A DNA stretch of 64,000 bases from Sterolibacterium sp. (GCA_041674465.1 JBAYVV010000002.1:594-64593), one strand, 5' to 3'. Shown: positions 19,693 through 30,811, counted from the stretch's first letter. The notes: generated by a model not told the origin, from the sequence alone. Program-made: numbers and translations.

Positions 19693-21189
19693 CTAAGCGC
19701 TGATCCCGGCGGAAACCAATGGATAGGGATAAAGCATGTTGAGCGCCATGCTGCGGCCGTCGGCCTGAACGATGCGCACGTGCTCGCGGCGGAACTCGCG
19801 GGCGTGGCGCAGGCCGCAGCTGTGGGCAATCATGTCGATTTCCTTGTTCATGTTCAGGCAGTAGTTCGCCACGCGCTCGAACTTTTCCTCGACCACCAGC
19901 CCGCGCTGCAGGCGAGCGTTATGGGTCGCGATGCCGGTCGGGCAGGTGTTGGTGTGGCAGCGCAGAGCCTGGATGCACCCCAGCGCAAACATGAAGCCGC
20001 GCGCGCTGTTGACGAAATCGGCGCCGCAGGCCAGCGCCCAGGCGGCCCGCGCCGAAGTCACCAGTTGCCCCGCCGCCACCACTTTCACCCGCTCTTTCAA
20101 CCCGGCCTCAATCAGGGCGTCGACCACGCGTGGCAAGGCCTCCTCAATCGACAGCGACATGTGGTCCGCCAGCGCCTGGGGCGCGGCGCCGGAGCCACCT
20201 TCGCCGCCGTCCACCGCGATAAAGTCGGGCGCATCGGCAATACCGCGCCGGACCACCGCCTCGGTCAGCAGCTTCATGAACTGCCAGCCACCGATAGCCG
20301 TCTTGATCCCCACCGGCTTGCCGGTCACGGCGCGCACGCGCAGAATCATGTCGAGCAACTGATCCATGTTGGTGATCTCCGGATGCCGGTTGGGCGAGAG
20401 CGAGTCCTCGCCTTCCGGAATGCCGCGGATGCGGGCGATCTCGGGCGTCACCTTGCCGCCCGGCAGCACGCCGCCCTTGCCCGGCTTGGCGCCCTGCGAG
20501 AGCTTGATTTCAAAGGCACGCACCGATTCGTGGGCGGCAATCTCCCGCAGCCTGATATCCGACAAGCGGCCGTCGGCGTCTCTCACGCCGTACTTTGCGG
20601 TGCCGATCTGCATGATGACGTCGCAGCCGCCTTCCAGGTGGTAGGGCGAAAGACCGCCCTCGCCAGTGTCGATCCAGCATCCCGCCTTGGCCGCACCGCG
20701 CGACAGCGACTGCACCGCGGGCTTCGAAATGGCGCCGAAGCTCATGCCACTGACATTGACGATCGATCTGGCGATGAATGGCTTCGCGCAATACCCTTCC
20801 CCGATCGTCAAGGGCGGCGTCGGCAGGCGGTCATCCTCCAGAACGGCGAACGGTGCATTGACGAAGATCAGCGCACCTGCCTCATGCAGGTTGTAGGTCG
20901 AACCGAATCCCAGAACTCCGCCTTCGTTCTTCGCCATGCGATAGACCCAGGCGCGCGTGGACCGATTGAAGGGGCGCTCATCGCGATCGCCGAGGAAAAA
21001 ATACTGTCGGAAATATTCGCCGAGCTGCTCGAAGAAGTAGCGCAGGCGGCCTATCAGCGGATAGTTGCGCAGGATCGAGTGCTTCTTCTGGGTAATGTCC
21101 CTGAGGTAGACATAGATGACCAGGACAACGAAGACAAGCGCGAGCAGAACACCGAGACTGACCGAGAAGATGCCGGGCATGAGCGCCAT
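19693..21189 (-). CDS. Membrane-anchored FMN-binding glutamate synthase-family protein (GltB domain 2-like)
   Basis: 498 aa with an N-terminal TM helix, then the conserved RNYPLIGRLRYFFE, ISGMSFGA, KLSQGAKPGKGG and DGGEGGSGAAP motifs. Confidence 0.8.
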   Translation of the reverse strand: MALMPGIFSVSLGVLLALVFVVLVIYVYLRDITQKKHSILRNYPLIGRLRYFFEQLGEYFRQYFFLGDRDERPFNRSTRAWVYRMAKNEGGVLGFGSTYNLHEAGALIFVNAPFAVLEDDRLPTPPLTIGEGYCAKPFIARSIVNVSGMSFGAISKPAVQSLSRGAAKAGCWIDTGEGGLSPYHLEGGCDVIMQIGTAKYGVRDADGRLSDIRLREIAAHESVRAFEIKLSQGAKPGKGGVLPGGKVTPEIARIRGIPEGEDSLSPNRHPEITNMDQLLDMILRVRAVTGKPVGIKTAIGGWQFMKLLTEAVVRRGIADAPDFIAVDGGEGGSGAAPQALADHMSLSIEEALPRVVDALIEAGLKERVKVVAAGQLVTSARAAWALACGADFVNSARGFMFALGCIQALRCHTNTCPTGIATHNARLQRGLVVEEKFERVANYCLNMNKEIDMIAHSCGLRHAREFRREHVRIVQADGRSMALNMLYPYPLVSAGISA

Positions 21190-21294
21190 ACCTCCGCTGA
21201 AAACAATCGGATTTTCACTTGAAGCATCAACATATCATGGAACTCCCCTGTTTGCAGTCGGAACTGCGATTTGAACAGGCGGCAGTTCGGTGTA

Positions 21295-21624
21295 CTACTC
21301 CTTTGCCACGTCGATGCTCGCATCACAGCCCTGACCTGCGGCAATTTTTTTTGCCGCCAGGCGTCCCACCCACATTGCCAAGCTGTCGGGCAGCCAGCGC
21401 AGATAAGCGGCCGGCCGGATCACCATGCCGCAGACATAACGTTTTTCCGGCTCCTGCCACAGCAAGGCTCGGCAAGCCCCCTTGAATTGCAGCAGCGCAA
21501 CCATGCTGACAGGGCAAGGTGCGGTCGCACAACAGATGCCGCAACCATTGCAAGCTTGGCCCAGCACCGGCTTGGCCGGTGCCGCGGCATGGATCAGAAT
21601 CGTCTTCTGTCGGGAGGAAGGCAT
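21295..21624 (-). CDS. Small cysteine-cluster protein (YkgJ/UPF0153-like CxxCxxCC)
   Basis: 109 aa with CNGCGICCATAPCP. Starts 6 nt after the uvrA stop on the same strand. Confidence 0.5.
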   Translation of the reverse strand: MPSSRQKTILIHAAAPAKPVLGQACNGCGICCATAPCPVSMVALLQFKGACRALLWQEPEKRYVCGMVIRPAAYLRWLPDSLAMWVGRLAAKKIAAGQGCDASIDVAKE

Positions 21625-21630
21625 TGCCTC

Positions 21631-24483
21631 TCAACGTACGCCTGTCTTCTTGCGCTTGGGCTTGACGGGTAACAACAACCTGGCGAGATAGCACCCTGTG
21701 GGGCTCTCCTTCATCCCGGCCACCTGCTCCGGCGTGCCGGTGGCGATGATGCGACCGCCGCCGTCACCGCCCTCGGGACCGAGATCGACGAGCCAGTCGG
21801 CAGTCTTGATGACATCCAGGTTATGCTCGATGACCACGATGGTGTTGCCATGATCACGCAACCGGTGCAGCACCTTGAGCAGCATCTCGATGTCGGCGAA
21901 ATGCAGGCCGGTGGTCGGCTCGTCAAGGATGTAGAGGGTGCGTCCCGTGTCGCGCTTGGAAAGCTCCAGCGCCAGCTTGACGCGCTGCGCCTCGCCACCC
22001 GACAGCGTGGTGGCGCTCTGGCCCAGCGTGATGTAGGAGAGGCCGACATCCATGAGGGTCTGCAGCTTGCGCGCAACGACCGGCACTGCGCCGAAGAATT
22101 CGCGCGCCTGCTCCACCGTCATGCAAAGGATTTCGTGGATGGTCTTGCCCTTGTAGCGGATCTCCAGGGTTTCGCGGTTATAACGCTTGCCGTGACAAAC
22201 ATCGCAGGGCACAAAAATGTCCGGCAGGAAATGCATTTCCACCTTGATCATGCCGTCGCCCTGGCAGGCTTCGCAGCGGCCGCCCTTGACGTTGAAGGAG
22301 AAGCGTCCGGGGCCGTAGCCACGTTCGCGCGACTGCGGCACACCGGCGAACAGTTCGCGAATCGGCGTCAGCAGTCCGGTATAGGTGGCCGGGTTGGAAC
22401 GCGGCGTACGGCCGATCGGCGATTGGTCGACATTGATGGCCTTATCGAAAAATTCCAACCCCTCGATCGCGCCATGCGCAGCCGGCTCCAAAGCCGAGCC
22501 ATACAAGTGACGGGCAGCGGCAGCGTAAAGCGTGTCGTTGATCAGGGTCGACTTTCCCGATCCGGAGACGCCGGTGATGCAGGTGAATAATCCTACCGGC
22601 AATTCCAGTTTGACGTTCTTGAGATTGTTGCCACGGGCCTCGGCTATGGTGAGCCAGCGCTCCGGTTGCGGTGGTGTGCGCATCGCAGGTATCTGGATGC
22701 GCCTGCGGCCGGAAATATAGTCGCCGGTCAGCGAAGCGGGATTTGCCGCGACTTCAGCCGGAGTCCCCTCTGCCACGACACGGCCGCCATGTTCGCCGGC
22801 GCCGGGTCCCATATCGACGACGTGATCGGCGGCTTCGATGGCCTCCTGGTCGTGCTCGACGACAATCACGGTATTGCCCATGTCACGCAGGTTCATCAAG
22901 GTTTCCAGCAAGCGCAGGTTGTCGCGCTGATGCAGGCCGATCGAAGGTTCGTCAAGCACATACATCACACCGGTCAGCCCGGAGCCGATCTGCGAAGCCA
23001 GGCGGATGCGCTGCGATTCGCCGCCGGACAAGGTCTCCGCGGAACGGTCGAGCGACAGATAATCGAGACCGACATTGATCAGGAAGGCAACGCGGCTGAC
23101 GATCTCCTTGACGATCTTTTCGGCAACTTGCGCCTTGTGCCCGGCGAGCTTCAGCCCGGCAAAGAAGGCGCGGCAATCGCCCAGCGACAGACGGCTGATT
23201 TCCGGCAGGCTGCGCCCGCCGACCAGGACATGGCGCGCTTCCCGGCGCAAGCGCGTCCCTGCGCAGGTCGGACAAGGTTTGCTGTTGAGATATTTCGCCA
23301 GTTCCTCGCGCACCATCGGCGAGTCGGTCTCGCGATAGCGCCGCTCCAGGTTGGGCAGCACGCCTTCGAAGGCATGCGTGCGTTCGTAGCGCGAACCTTT
23401 CTCATTGAGATACTTGAAGCGAATCTGCTCCTTGCCGGAGCCGTGCAGCACCATGCGGCGGACATTTTCCGGCAACTTTTCGAATGCCGTGGCGATGTCA
23501 AACGAATAATGCGCCGCCAGGCTTTCGAGCATCTGGAAGTAGAACTGGTTGCGCTTGTCCCACCCCTTGATGGCGCCGCCAGCCAGGGACAGATGCGGGT
23601 AGGCAACGACGCGCCCGGCATCGAAGAACTGGATCACGCCCAGGCCGTCGCATCCGGCGCAGGCACCCATCGGATTGTTGAACGAAAACAGGCGTGGCTC
23701 GAGTTCCTGCAGGGCGTAGTTGCACACCGGGCAAGCAAACTTGGCGGAAAACAGGGTTTCCTCGCCGGTGTCGATGGCCAGCGCGATGGCACGTCCCTCG
23801 GCGTGGGTCAGCGCGGTCTCGAAGGATTCCGCCAGGCGTTGACGCGCATCGGGACGCACCTTGAGCCGGTCGACCACCACATCGACGTTGTGCTTGCGCG
23901 TCTTGGCCAGTTTGGGCAGCGCATCGATTTCGTGGATGTGTCCGTCAACGCGCAGGCGTGCGAAACCCTGGGCACGCAACTCATCGAACAAATCGAGCTG
24001 CTCGCCCTTGCGGTTCGCCACCACCGGGGCAAGGATCATCAGCTTGGTGTCTTCCGGCAAGGCCAGCACATGGTCGACCATCTGCGCCACGCTCTGCGCT
24101 TCGAGCGGCTGGCCGTGATCCGGGCAATGCGGCGTGCCGGCGCGGGCATACAGCAGGCGCAGGTAATCATGGATTTCGGTGACGGTGCCGACGGTCGAAC
24201 GCGGATTATGCGAGGTGGCCTTCTGCTCGATCGAGATGGCCGGACTCAAGCCTTCGATGAGATCGACATCGGGCTTTTCCATGAGCTGCAGGAACTGGCG
24301 CGCGTAGGCCGACAGGGATTCGACATAGCGGCGCTGGCCTTCCGCATATAGCGTGTCAAATGCCAGCGACGACTTGCCGGAGCCGGACAGGCCGGTGATC
24401 ACGGTCAGCCGGTTGCGCGGCAGATCGAGATTGATGTTCTTGAGGTTGTGCGTGCGTGCACCGCGGATTTTGAGCAAGTCCAT
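21631..24483 (-). CDS. uvrA: Excinuclease ABC subunit A
   Basis: 950 aa beginning [17 protein letters not shown]. Two ABC modules ([10 protein letters not shown] and [10 protein letters not shown]), LSGGE signatures and zinc-finger Cys pairs. Confidence 0.97.
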   Translation of the reverse strand: MDLLKIRGARTHNLKNINLDLPRNRLTVITGLSGSGKSSLAFDTLYAEGQRRYVESLSAYARQFLQLMEKPDVDLIEGLSPAISIEQKATSHNPRSTVGTVTEIHDYLRLLYARAGTPHCPDHGQPLEAQSVAQMVDHVLALPEDTKLMILAPVVANRKGEQLDLFDELRAQGFARLRVDGHIHEIDALPKLAKTRKHNVDVVVDRLKVRPDARQRLAESFETALTHAEGRAIALAIDTGEETLFSAKFACPVCNYALQELEPRLFSFNNPMGACAGCDGLGVIQFFDAGRVVAYPHLSLAGGAIKGWDKRNQFYFQMLESLAAHYSFDIATAFEKLPENVRRMVLHGSGKEQIRFKYLNEKGSRYERTHAFEGVLPNLERRYRETDSPMVREELAKYLNSKPCPTCAGTRLRREARHVLVGGRSLPEISRLSLGDCRAFFAGLKLAGHKAQVAEKIVKEIVSRVAFLINVGLDYLSLDRSAETLSGGESQRIRLASQIGSGLTGVMYVLDEPSIGLHQRDNLRLLETLMNLRDMGNTVIVVEHDQEAIEAADHVVDMGPGAGEHGGRVVAEGTPAEVAANPASLTGDYISGRRRIQIPAMRTPPQPERWLTIAEARGNNLKNVKLELPVGLFTCITGVSGSGKSTLINDTLYAAAARHLYGSALEPAAHGAIEGLEFFDKAINVDQSPIGRTPRSNPATYTGLLTPIRELFAGVPQSRERGYGPGRFSFNVKGGRCEACQGDGMIKVEMHFLPDIFVPCDVCHGKRYNRETLEIRYKGKTIHEILCMTVEQAREFFGAVPVVARKLQTLMDVGLSYITLGQSATTLSGGEAQRVKLALELSKRDTGRTLYILDEPTTGLHFADIEMLLKVLHRLRDHGNTIVVIEHNLDVIKTADWLVDLGPEGGDGGGRIIATGTPEQVAGMKESPTGCYLARLLLPVKPKRKKTGVR

Positions 24484-24562
24484 GGGGAGACTATATCATC
24501 CGTGTCCGGCAGCACCCGGCCGACAAATTTGACCGCCCGGGGAAGGGGGAGCGCGTTTCGAG

Positions 24563-26533
24563 CTACACGGCTTTGCCGGATACCAGGTTCTCTTCGTGCT
24601 TTTTCTGGAACTCGTCCGGCGGCAGGGGCTTGCTGAAATAATAGCCCTGGATTTCGTCACAAGAATTGGCGTGCAGGAAATCGAGCTGCTCCGGAGTTTC
24701 CACGCCTTCGGCGATGACGCGCAAACCCAGGCTGTGGCCGAGCGTGATGATGGCCTGGGAGATCGATGCGCTGTCGTTGTCGGCAACGATGTCGCGGACG
24801 AAGGACTGATCGATCTTGAGACGGTCGATCGGAAAGCGTTTGAGATAACTCAGGCTGGAATAGCCAGTGCCAAAATCGTCGATGGCCAGTTCGATGCCAA
24901 CGTCCTTGAGCGTGCGCAACGTGGAGATGAACAACTCGGCATTGTGCATGATCAGGCTTTCCGTCAGCTCCAGCTCGAGATTCTCGGCGCGAAAACCGGT
25001 CTCGTCCAGGACCTGCCTGATCGATGTGGCCAGGTCCTTTTGCATGAATTGACGTGCGGAAAGATTCACGGACAGCTTGATATGCGGCAAGCCGGCTTCC
25101 TGCCAGGCCTTGGCCTGGGTGCAGGCAGTGCGCAGCACCCACAGGCCGATCGGAATGATCAGTCCGGTTTCTTCTGCCAGGGGAATGAACTGGGCAGGTG
25201 AAATCAGGCCGCGCTGGGGATGCTTCCAGCGGATCAAGGCCTCCATGCCGACGATGCGGCGGTGGATCAGGTCGATCTGTGGCTGGTAGCAGACAAAGAG
25301 TTCGTTGTTGTCGAGCGCCTTGCGCAAATCGCCTTCCAGCGACAGACGCAACGTGATCCTGTCGTTGAGCGCAGGAACGTAACGCTGAATGTTGTTGCGC
25401 CCCTTTTCCTTGGCACTGAACATGGCGATATCGGCATTCTTGAGCAGAACGTCCGCGTTGTCGCCATCGCCCGGCACCATCGCATAGCCGATGCTGCAGG
25501 TCAGGAAGAATTCCTGCGTGCCGATCTGGTAAGGCTGAGCCACTTCGCGCAGAACCCGCTGGAGAATGGCATTGATCGAGGAATTGTAGGATTCTTCCTC
25601 ATCGGGGTTCTCGAACAGGATCAGGACAAATTCGTCGCCGCCCAGGCGCGCGGCAGTGTCGCTGCTGCGCAGACAGGTATTGAGACGCTTCGACACCATT
25701 TTCAGCACCTGGTCGCCCGCCTGGTGGCCCATGCTGTCGTTTACGAATTTGAAATTGTCGAGCCCGATGAACGCCACCGCCATGAGCGTCTGCTTGTAGC
25801 GCATTGAATAGGCAATGCCCTGGGCGATGCGGTCCTTCATCAGGTTGCGGTTGGGCAGGTTGGTCAACGTATCGTGATTTGACTGATGCTCCAGTTCGTT
25901 CTGATAGCGCTTCGATTCAGTGACATCGTTGAGAATGCCGATGAAATGCGTCACCTTGCCACTATCGTCGCTCACCGGGGAAATGTGCAGATCGTTCCAG
26001 AATTGCGTGCCGTCCTTGCGGAAATTGCGCAGCAGGGCGCGGGCATCGGTGTTCTCCCGCAACGCGACACGCAGAGCTTCAAGATCCATTTGGTCGCGAT
26101 CTTCACCAAGCAGAAAGCGGCAGTTGCGGCCGATCACCTCTTCCGAGGAATAGCCGGTGATCCTGCTGAACGCCGGATTGACGTACTCAATGATATTGTC
26201 CGAGGCAGAGTCGGACGTAATGATAATGGCATTGACGCTGGCTTCGATGGCACGATCGCGCAGGCGCATGGCTTCGGCTGCACGGCGTGCGTCCTCGAGT
26301 TTGCCCTTGACCAGCAGATAGAGCATCCAGCTGGAGGAAAACACCACCAGGGTGCCGCTCAGCACCTGGCCGCCGGCGAAATCCGAAATGGAGATGTTCT
26401 GGCTGAAAAATGTGGTCAGGAAACCACTGGTCAGCACAATCCAGAGACTGCCGATTAGCGCATAGATCGTCGCGATCTTGAGCGCGTGTTCACCTTCTGG
26501 AGATTTCGGGGGGCGTGCAGCCATATTGATCAC
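24563..26533 (-). CDS. Membrane-associated PAS-GGDEF-EAL c-di-GMP signalling protein
   Basis: 656 aa with N-terminal TM segments, a PAS domain ([23 protein letters not shown]), GGDEF ([11 protein letters not shown]) and EAL ([19 protein letters not shown]). Confidence 0.9.
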   Translation of the reverse strand: MINMAARPPKSPEGEHALKIATIYALIGSLWIVLTSGFLTTFFSQNISISDFAGGQVLSGTLVVFSSSWMLYLLVKGKLEDARRAAEAMRLRDRAIEASVNAIIITSDSASDNIIEYVNPAFSRITGYSSEEVIGRNCRFLLGEDRDQMDLEALRVALRENTDARALLRNFRKDGTQFWNDLHISPVSDDSGKVTHFIGILNDVTESKRYQNELEHQSNHDTLTNLPNRNLMKDRIAQGIAYSMRYKQTLMAVAFIGLDNFKFVNDSMGHQAGDQVLKMVSKRLNTCLRSSDTAARLGGDEFVLILFENPDEEESYNSSINAILQRVLREVAQPYQIGTQEFFLTCSIGYAMVPGDGDNADVLLKNADIAMFSAKEKGRNNIQRYVPALNDRITLRLSLEGDLRKALDNNELFVCYQPQIDLIHRRIVGMEALIRWKHPQRGLISPAQFIPLAEETGLIIPIGLWVLRTACTQAKAWQEAGLPHIKLSVNLSARQFMQKDLATSIRQVLDETGFRAENLELELTESLIMHNAELFISTLRTLKDVGIELAIDDFGTGYSSLSYLKRFPIDRLKIDQSFVRDIVADNDSASISQAIITLGHSLGLRVIAEGVETPEQLDFLHANSCDEIQGYYFSKPLPPDEFQKKHEENLVSGKAV

Positions 26534-26566
26534 ATTCCCGTTGTTTTCCCGATTATAGACTGGCAG

Positions 26567-27415
26567 CTAAACGTTTGTCGCCGCCACCCGCTGCCTTTGC
26601 TCGCCCAAACCGTCGATCCCCAGGTGCAGCCGGTCGCCGGCGCGCAGAAAGCGCTGCGGTTTGCGGCCCATGCCGACACCGGGCGGTGTGCCGGTGGCGA
26701 TCACGTCGCCGGGCAGCAGTGTCATGAAACGGGACAAATAGCTGACGATCTCGGCGCAGCCAAAAATCATCAGCGCACTATTGCCGTCCTGCATTCGTTC
26801 ATCATTGACATCCAGCCACAGATGCAGATTCTGCGGATCGGTGACCTCGTCGCGCGTCACCAGCCACGGGCCGATCGGTCCAAAACCGTCGCAACCTTTG
26901 CCCTTGTCCCACTGCCCGCCGTGCTCAAGCTGGAAGGCGCGCTCGGAAATATCATTGAAAACGCAGTAACCGGCGACATGCTCGAGCGCCTTGCTCATGG
27001 ACACCGATCGTGTCTCCTTGCCGATGACCAGGCCCAGTTCGACTTCCCAATCTGTCTTCTGCGAACCACGCGGCAAACGCAAGGTGTCGAACGGACCGCT
27101 GATGCAGGTGGTGGCCTTCATGAACATGACCGGCTCGGTGGGAATCGCCATGCCCGCTTCCTCGGCATGGACCCGGTAATTGAGGCCGATGCCGATGATC
27201 TTGGAAATACCGGTGAACGGCACGCCCAGGCGCGGCCTGCCAGCAACCCGAGGCAGCCTGTCAGCAGACAGCTTGCGCAAGCGCCGCAAGCCGGCATCGG
27301 ACAACTCGTTCCAGCCGATATCGTCCACGACATGCGACAAATCCCTGAGTTGGCCGCATGCGTCGAGCATGCCCGGTCTCTCGCGGCCACGCGGACCGTA
27401 ACGCACCAATTTCAA
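26567..27415 (-). CDS. Fumarylacetoacetate hydrolase (FAH) family protein
   Basis: 282 aa with FAH-type motifs (GIGLNYRVHAEE, DWEVELGLVIG, GDVIATGTPPGVG). Confidence 0.85.
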   Translation of the reverse strand: MKLVRYGPRGRERPGMLDACGQLRDLSHVVDDIGWNELSDAGLRRLRKLSADRLPRVAGRPRLGVPFTGISKIIGIGLNYRVHAEEAGMAIPTEPVMFMKATTCISGPFDTLRLPRGSQKTDWEVELGLVIGKETRSVSMSKALEHVAGYCVFNDISERAFQLEHGGQWDKGKGCDGFGPIGPWLVTRDEVTDPQNLHLWLDVNDERMQDGNSALMIFGCAEIVSYLSRFMTLLPGDVIATGTPPGVGMGRKPQRFLRAGDRLHLGIDGLGEQRQRVAATNV

Positions 27416-28872
27416 GATTTTTTTCCGAAGCCGCCGAGCAGGGCCGCCACCGGTTTCTGGTGGCGCGGCGGTGCGATTTTCTCCTTGCTCCTGACCTCCT
27501 CGCCGGGAGCGATCCGTGACACATAGGGTTTGCTCGGATCGAAGTCGAGTTTCGGCAAATGCGCCACAGGCTCCGGCAGGTGCGGCCGTTCGCTACGTGC
27601 GATGCTCTCGCGAGCGCGTTCACGATCGGCCTTGCGACTGCGCTCCTCGCGCTTTTCGCTGGACTCCGAATCTCCCTTGTCGCGACCGCGTCGTGACTTG
27701 TCCACATCGGCTTTCAGATCATGATCGCTGACGCGTTCGAAGCCGGGTGCGACCACCACCTCGATCTTGTGCTTGATCAACTTCTCGATGTCGGCCAGAT
27801 GCTGCTTTTCCATGGGCGAGACCAGCGAAGTGGCTTCGCCCTGCTTGCCGGCACGGCCGGTACGACCGATGCGGTGAATGTAATCTTCGGCGACATGCGG
27901 CAGTTCATAGTTGACAACGTGCGGCAGGTCGTCGATGTCGAGTCCGCGTGCGGCGACATCGGTGCCGACCAGCACCTTGATGCGACCGGCCTTGAAAGCT
28001 TCGAGCGCCTCGGTGCGCTGCTGCTGGCTCTTGTCGCCATGAATGGCATCGGCCTCGATACCCTGGCGTTGCAGGTAATGCGCCAGACGGCTCGCACCGA
28101 ACTTGGTGCCGACAAAAATCAGCACCTGACGCAACTGTTGCGCGCGCAGGATATGCACCAGCAGGTGGCGCTTGTCCTCCTGTGCCACTGCGTAGACACG
28201 ATGGCTGACGGTTTCACTGACAGTGTTGCGGCGCGCCACTTCGATCAATTGCGGCGCTTTGAGCATGCTGTCGGCGAGCTTGCGGATTTCCTCGGAAAAG
28301 GTTGCAGAGAACAACAGGCTCTGCCGCGCTGAAGGCAGCAACGCCAGGATGCGCTTGATATCGGGGATGAAGCCCATGTCGAGCATGCGGTCGGCCTCGT
28401 CCAGCACCAGCATCTCGACCGAAGTGAAGGCCACGGTTTTCTGCTGGACGTGATCAAGCAGCCGGCCGGGTGTGGCGACGACGATTTCACGCCCCTGGCG
28501 CATCTCTTCGATCTGCGGCTTGATATCCACGCCGCCATAGAGGCAGATGGCCCGCAGCGGCAAATGCTTGCCGTAGGTCTTGACGCTCTCGAACACCTGC
28601 ATCGCCAGTTCACGCGTTGGCGTCAGGATCAGCGCTCGCACCGGGTGCCGTGCCGGCGACGACGAGGCGTTGGCGTGGCGCGACAGGCGCTGCAACATCG
28701 GCAGGGTAAACCCCGCCGTCTTGCCGGTGCCGGTCTGGGCGCCGCCGAGGATGTCCTTGCCTTCCAGTATGACGGGGATTGCCTGCGCCTGGATCGGCGT
28801 CGGCTCGGTGTAGCCGTTATCGGTCACGGCACGCAACAATTCGGGCATCAGCCCGAGGTCTTCAAATTTCAA
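27412..28872 (-). CDS. rhlE: DEAD-box ATP-dependent RNA helicase (RhlE-like) with a basic C-terminal tail
   Basis: Q-motif, AQTGTGKT, VLDEADRMLDMGF, SAT and HRIGRTGRAG. TTG start at 28870-28872, preceded by an AGGAGC SD. Confidence 0.9.
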   Translation of the reverse strand: MKFEDLGLMPELLRAVTDNGYTEPTPIQAQAIPVILEGKDILGGAQTGTGKTAGFTLPMLQRLSRHANASSSPARHPVRALILTPTRELAMQVFESVKTYGKHLPLRAICLYGGVDIKPQIEEMRQGREIVVATPGRLLDHVQQKTVAFTSVEMLVLDEADRMLDMGFIPDIKRILALLPSARQSLLFSATFSEEIRKLADSMLKAPQLIEVARRNTVSETVSHRVYAVAQEDKRHLLVHILRAQQLRQVLIFVGTKFGASRLAHYLQRQGIEADAIHGDKSQQQRTEALEAFKAGRIKVLVGTDVAARGLDIDDLPHVVNYELPHVAEDYIHRIGRTGRAGKQGEATSLVSPMEKQHLADIEKLIKHKIEVVVAPGFERVSDHDLKADVDKSRRGRDKGDSESSEKREERSRKADRERARESIARSERPHLPEPVAHLPKLDFDPSKPYVSRIAPGEEVRSKEKIAPPRHQKPVAALLGGFGKKS

Positions 28873-29103
28873 TGTCTGCTCCTGATTCGGCCTGCCCCTC
28901 GCGGGGTACCGGTACAGGCTGCGAACTTATGGTTCGGTAGTTTGGCCGGGACGGAATGTCCTTCGGCGCGACACACCGCTAACCGGCAAGGCAGTGAGGC
29001 CAGTAGTATAGCCGATACTGCACGTCCAAAACCGCTGCCGCAAGGCTATTCGAGAAGCGGGCCAACTGCCGGCAACCACATGGAAATCATGCGTTTCTCG
29101 GGC

Positions 29104-29172
29104 TTCTTGCGTGCGATCCTGCGTGTTTCCTGCGGACCTTCTTCGTGACCTTCTGCGTGTCCTTCTGCGTTG
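29104..29172. repeat. Six helically phased copies of a TTCTGCGTG-like motif (11-12 bp period)
   Basis: ttcttgcgtg (29104), atcctgcgtg (29116), ttcctgcgga (29127), ttcttcgtga (29139), ttctgcgtgt (29151), ttctgcgttg (29163). The last three 12-mers are a near-perfect tandem repeat. Confidence 0.7.
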
Positions 29173-29338
29173 ACAATACCTGCCCAGGCAAGCATAGTCC
29201 GGCGATGCAATTTCGCTACACGCTTGCCAATCAAACGCATCACAGCGGTCGTCATCAAAGCTCTCAATCAACGGTTGCAATGATTTTCAGCCGACGAAGT
29301 GACGCAATTCAAAGCTTTCCTGCGGTGCGGGCCTGCCC

Positions 29339-30811
29339 ATGAGTCGGCTGCATGTCTGCGGGCGAATTGGCGCTGCGCTGCTGGCCCTGGTCATGCTCGG
29401 CTGCGCCGGGGTTCCCGAGCGAGAATCGAAACCTTCGTCAATGGCCAGCCTGTCGCTAACGAACCTGCCCGCGCCGGCCAATGCGGTGGCTGCCTGGCCT
29501 GCGGAAGACTGGTGGAAAAGTTATAGCGATCCCCAACTGGATGCGCTCATCGAATACGCCCTGAGGAACAGCCCGACGCTCGGCGCGGCCAGCACCCGTC
29601 TGGCGCAAGCCGCAGCGGCTGCAGGCATTACGCGTGGCGAGGCGTCCGTCAAAGCAGGCGCTGACCTCAACGCCAGCTACGGCCGCCAGTCGGAAAACTA
29701 CATGATCCCCAAGCCGCCGCTGGGCAAGGGTGGCGAATGGATCAGCCAGGGCTCGACCGGGATCGGGATGAGCTACGAGATCGACCTGTGGGGACGACAT
29801 GCGGCACAAATTCGTGCGGCGCAGGATCTCGTGGATGCGGCCGGCTTCGATCATGCGGCCGCGCGCCTGGCCCTGACCACCAGCCTGGTGCGCAGTTATG
29901 CACAACTGGCTACCCAACATGAACTGCTCGATCTCGCCACGACCACCCTCAAGCAGCGCCAGGCAATCACCGATCTGACACGCCAGCGCAGCGCGGCCGG
30001 GCTGGATACGCAAGCGGAAATTCGCCAGGCCGAAACCGGCACAGCCTCGCTGCGTGCGGAGCAGATTCAGGCACAGACGGCCATCGCTGTAACCCGCCTG
30101 CAGCTGGCCTATCTCTCGGGTGCCCTGCCGGATGCCGCCGAGAAGATCAGCCGGCCGCACATGCGCTTGCCCGCCTTCAACCTGCCGGATCATTTGCCGC
30201 TCGACCTGCTCGGCCGGCGCCCCGAGATTGCCGTGCAGCGCGCCAGGATCAATGCGGCAACGGAACAAATCGAGGTGGCGCGTGCGCAGTTCTATCCGAA
30301 CCTCAATCTCAATGCCCTGGTGGGCTTTCAATCCATCGGCGTGAGTCAATTGCTGGCCGGGGGCAGTTTCACCACCAGCATTGGTCCGGCCATCCATCTG
30401 CCGCTCTTCGACGGCGGCCTGCTGCGCGCCAATTACCGGCTCAAGCAGAGCAGACTGGAAGAAGCGATTGCGCTCTACAACCAGGCGGTCGTCGCCGCCG
30501 CGCAGGAAACCATCGAGCAACTGACGCGCAGCGCCGCCCTGGCCGGGGAAGCGGAAGCCACTGCCGCGGCGCATGCAGCTACCCAGGAAAACTACCGCCT
30601 GGCACAGTTGCGCTACCGCGAAGGGCTGGTTTCCAGGCTGGCGGTGCTCGCCGCGGAAAACCAGTTGCTCGTCCAGCAACGCACGCTGATCAATCTCAAA
30701 GCCCGCCGCTTTGAACTGCAAATCGCCCTGGTGCGTGCCCTCGGTGGCGGATTCGCCGACACCCGCGACGTAGCGACCGCACCGGCAATGCAGACACCGG
30801 AGAAGCCATGA
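29339..30811 (+). CDS. Efflux transporter outer-membrane factor lipoprotein (NodT family)
   Basis: 490 aa with a lipobox (LVMLGCAG). Two OEP-type repeats with the typical WWKSYSDPQLDALI start. Overlaps the downstream HlyD-family gene. Confidence 0.85.
   Translation: MSRLHVCGRIGAALLALVMLGCAGVPERESKPSSMASLSLTNLPAPANAVAAWPAEDWWKSYSDPQLDALIEYALRNSPTLGAASTRLAQAAAAAGITRGEASVKAGADLNASYGRQSENYMIPKPPLGKGGEWISQGSTGIGMSYEIDLWGRHAAQIRAAQDLVDAAGFDHAAARLALTTSLVRSYAQLATQHELLDLATTTLKQRQAITDLTRQRSAAGLDTQAEIRQAETGTASLRAEQIQAQTAIAVTRLQLAYLSGALPDAAEKISRPHMRLPAFNLPDHLPLDLLGRRPEIAVQRARINAATEQIEVARAQFYPNLNLNALVGFQSIGVSQLLAGGSFTTSIGPAIHLPLFDGGLLRANYRLKQSRLEEAIALYNQAVVAAAQETIEQLTRSAALAGEAEATAAAHAATQENYRLAQLRYREGLVSRLAVLAAENQLLVQQRTLINLKARRFELQIALVRALGGGFADTRDVATAPAMQTPEKP

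Noticed and set aside
24484-24562. I looked for a LexA/SOS box (CTGT-N8-ACAG type) upstream of uvrA.
   Set aside because: No such motif is visible in the 79-bp upstream region, so I make no regulatory call.
29046-29267. A 73-aa minus-strand ORF (MRALMTTAVMRLIGKR...AEGHAEGHEEG...) covering the phased repeat array.
   Set aside because: It has no SD, no recognisable family and an odd composition. The repeat periodicity (11-12 bp, not strictly a multiple of 3 throughout) fits DNA-level sites better. I kept it as an alternative explanation within the repeat finding.
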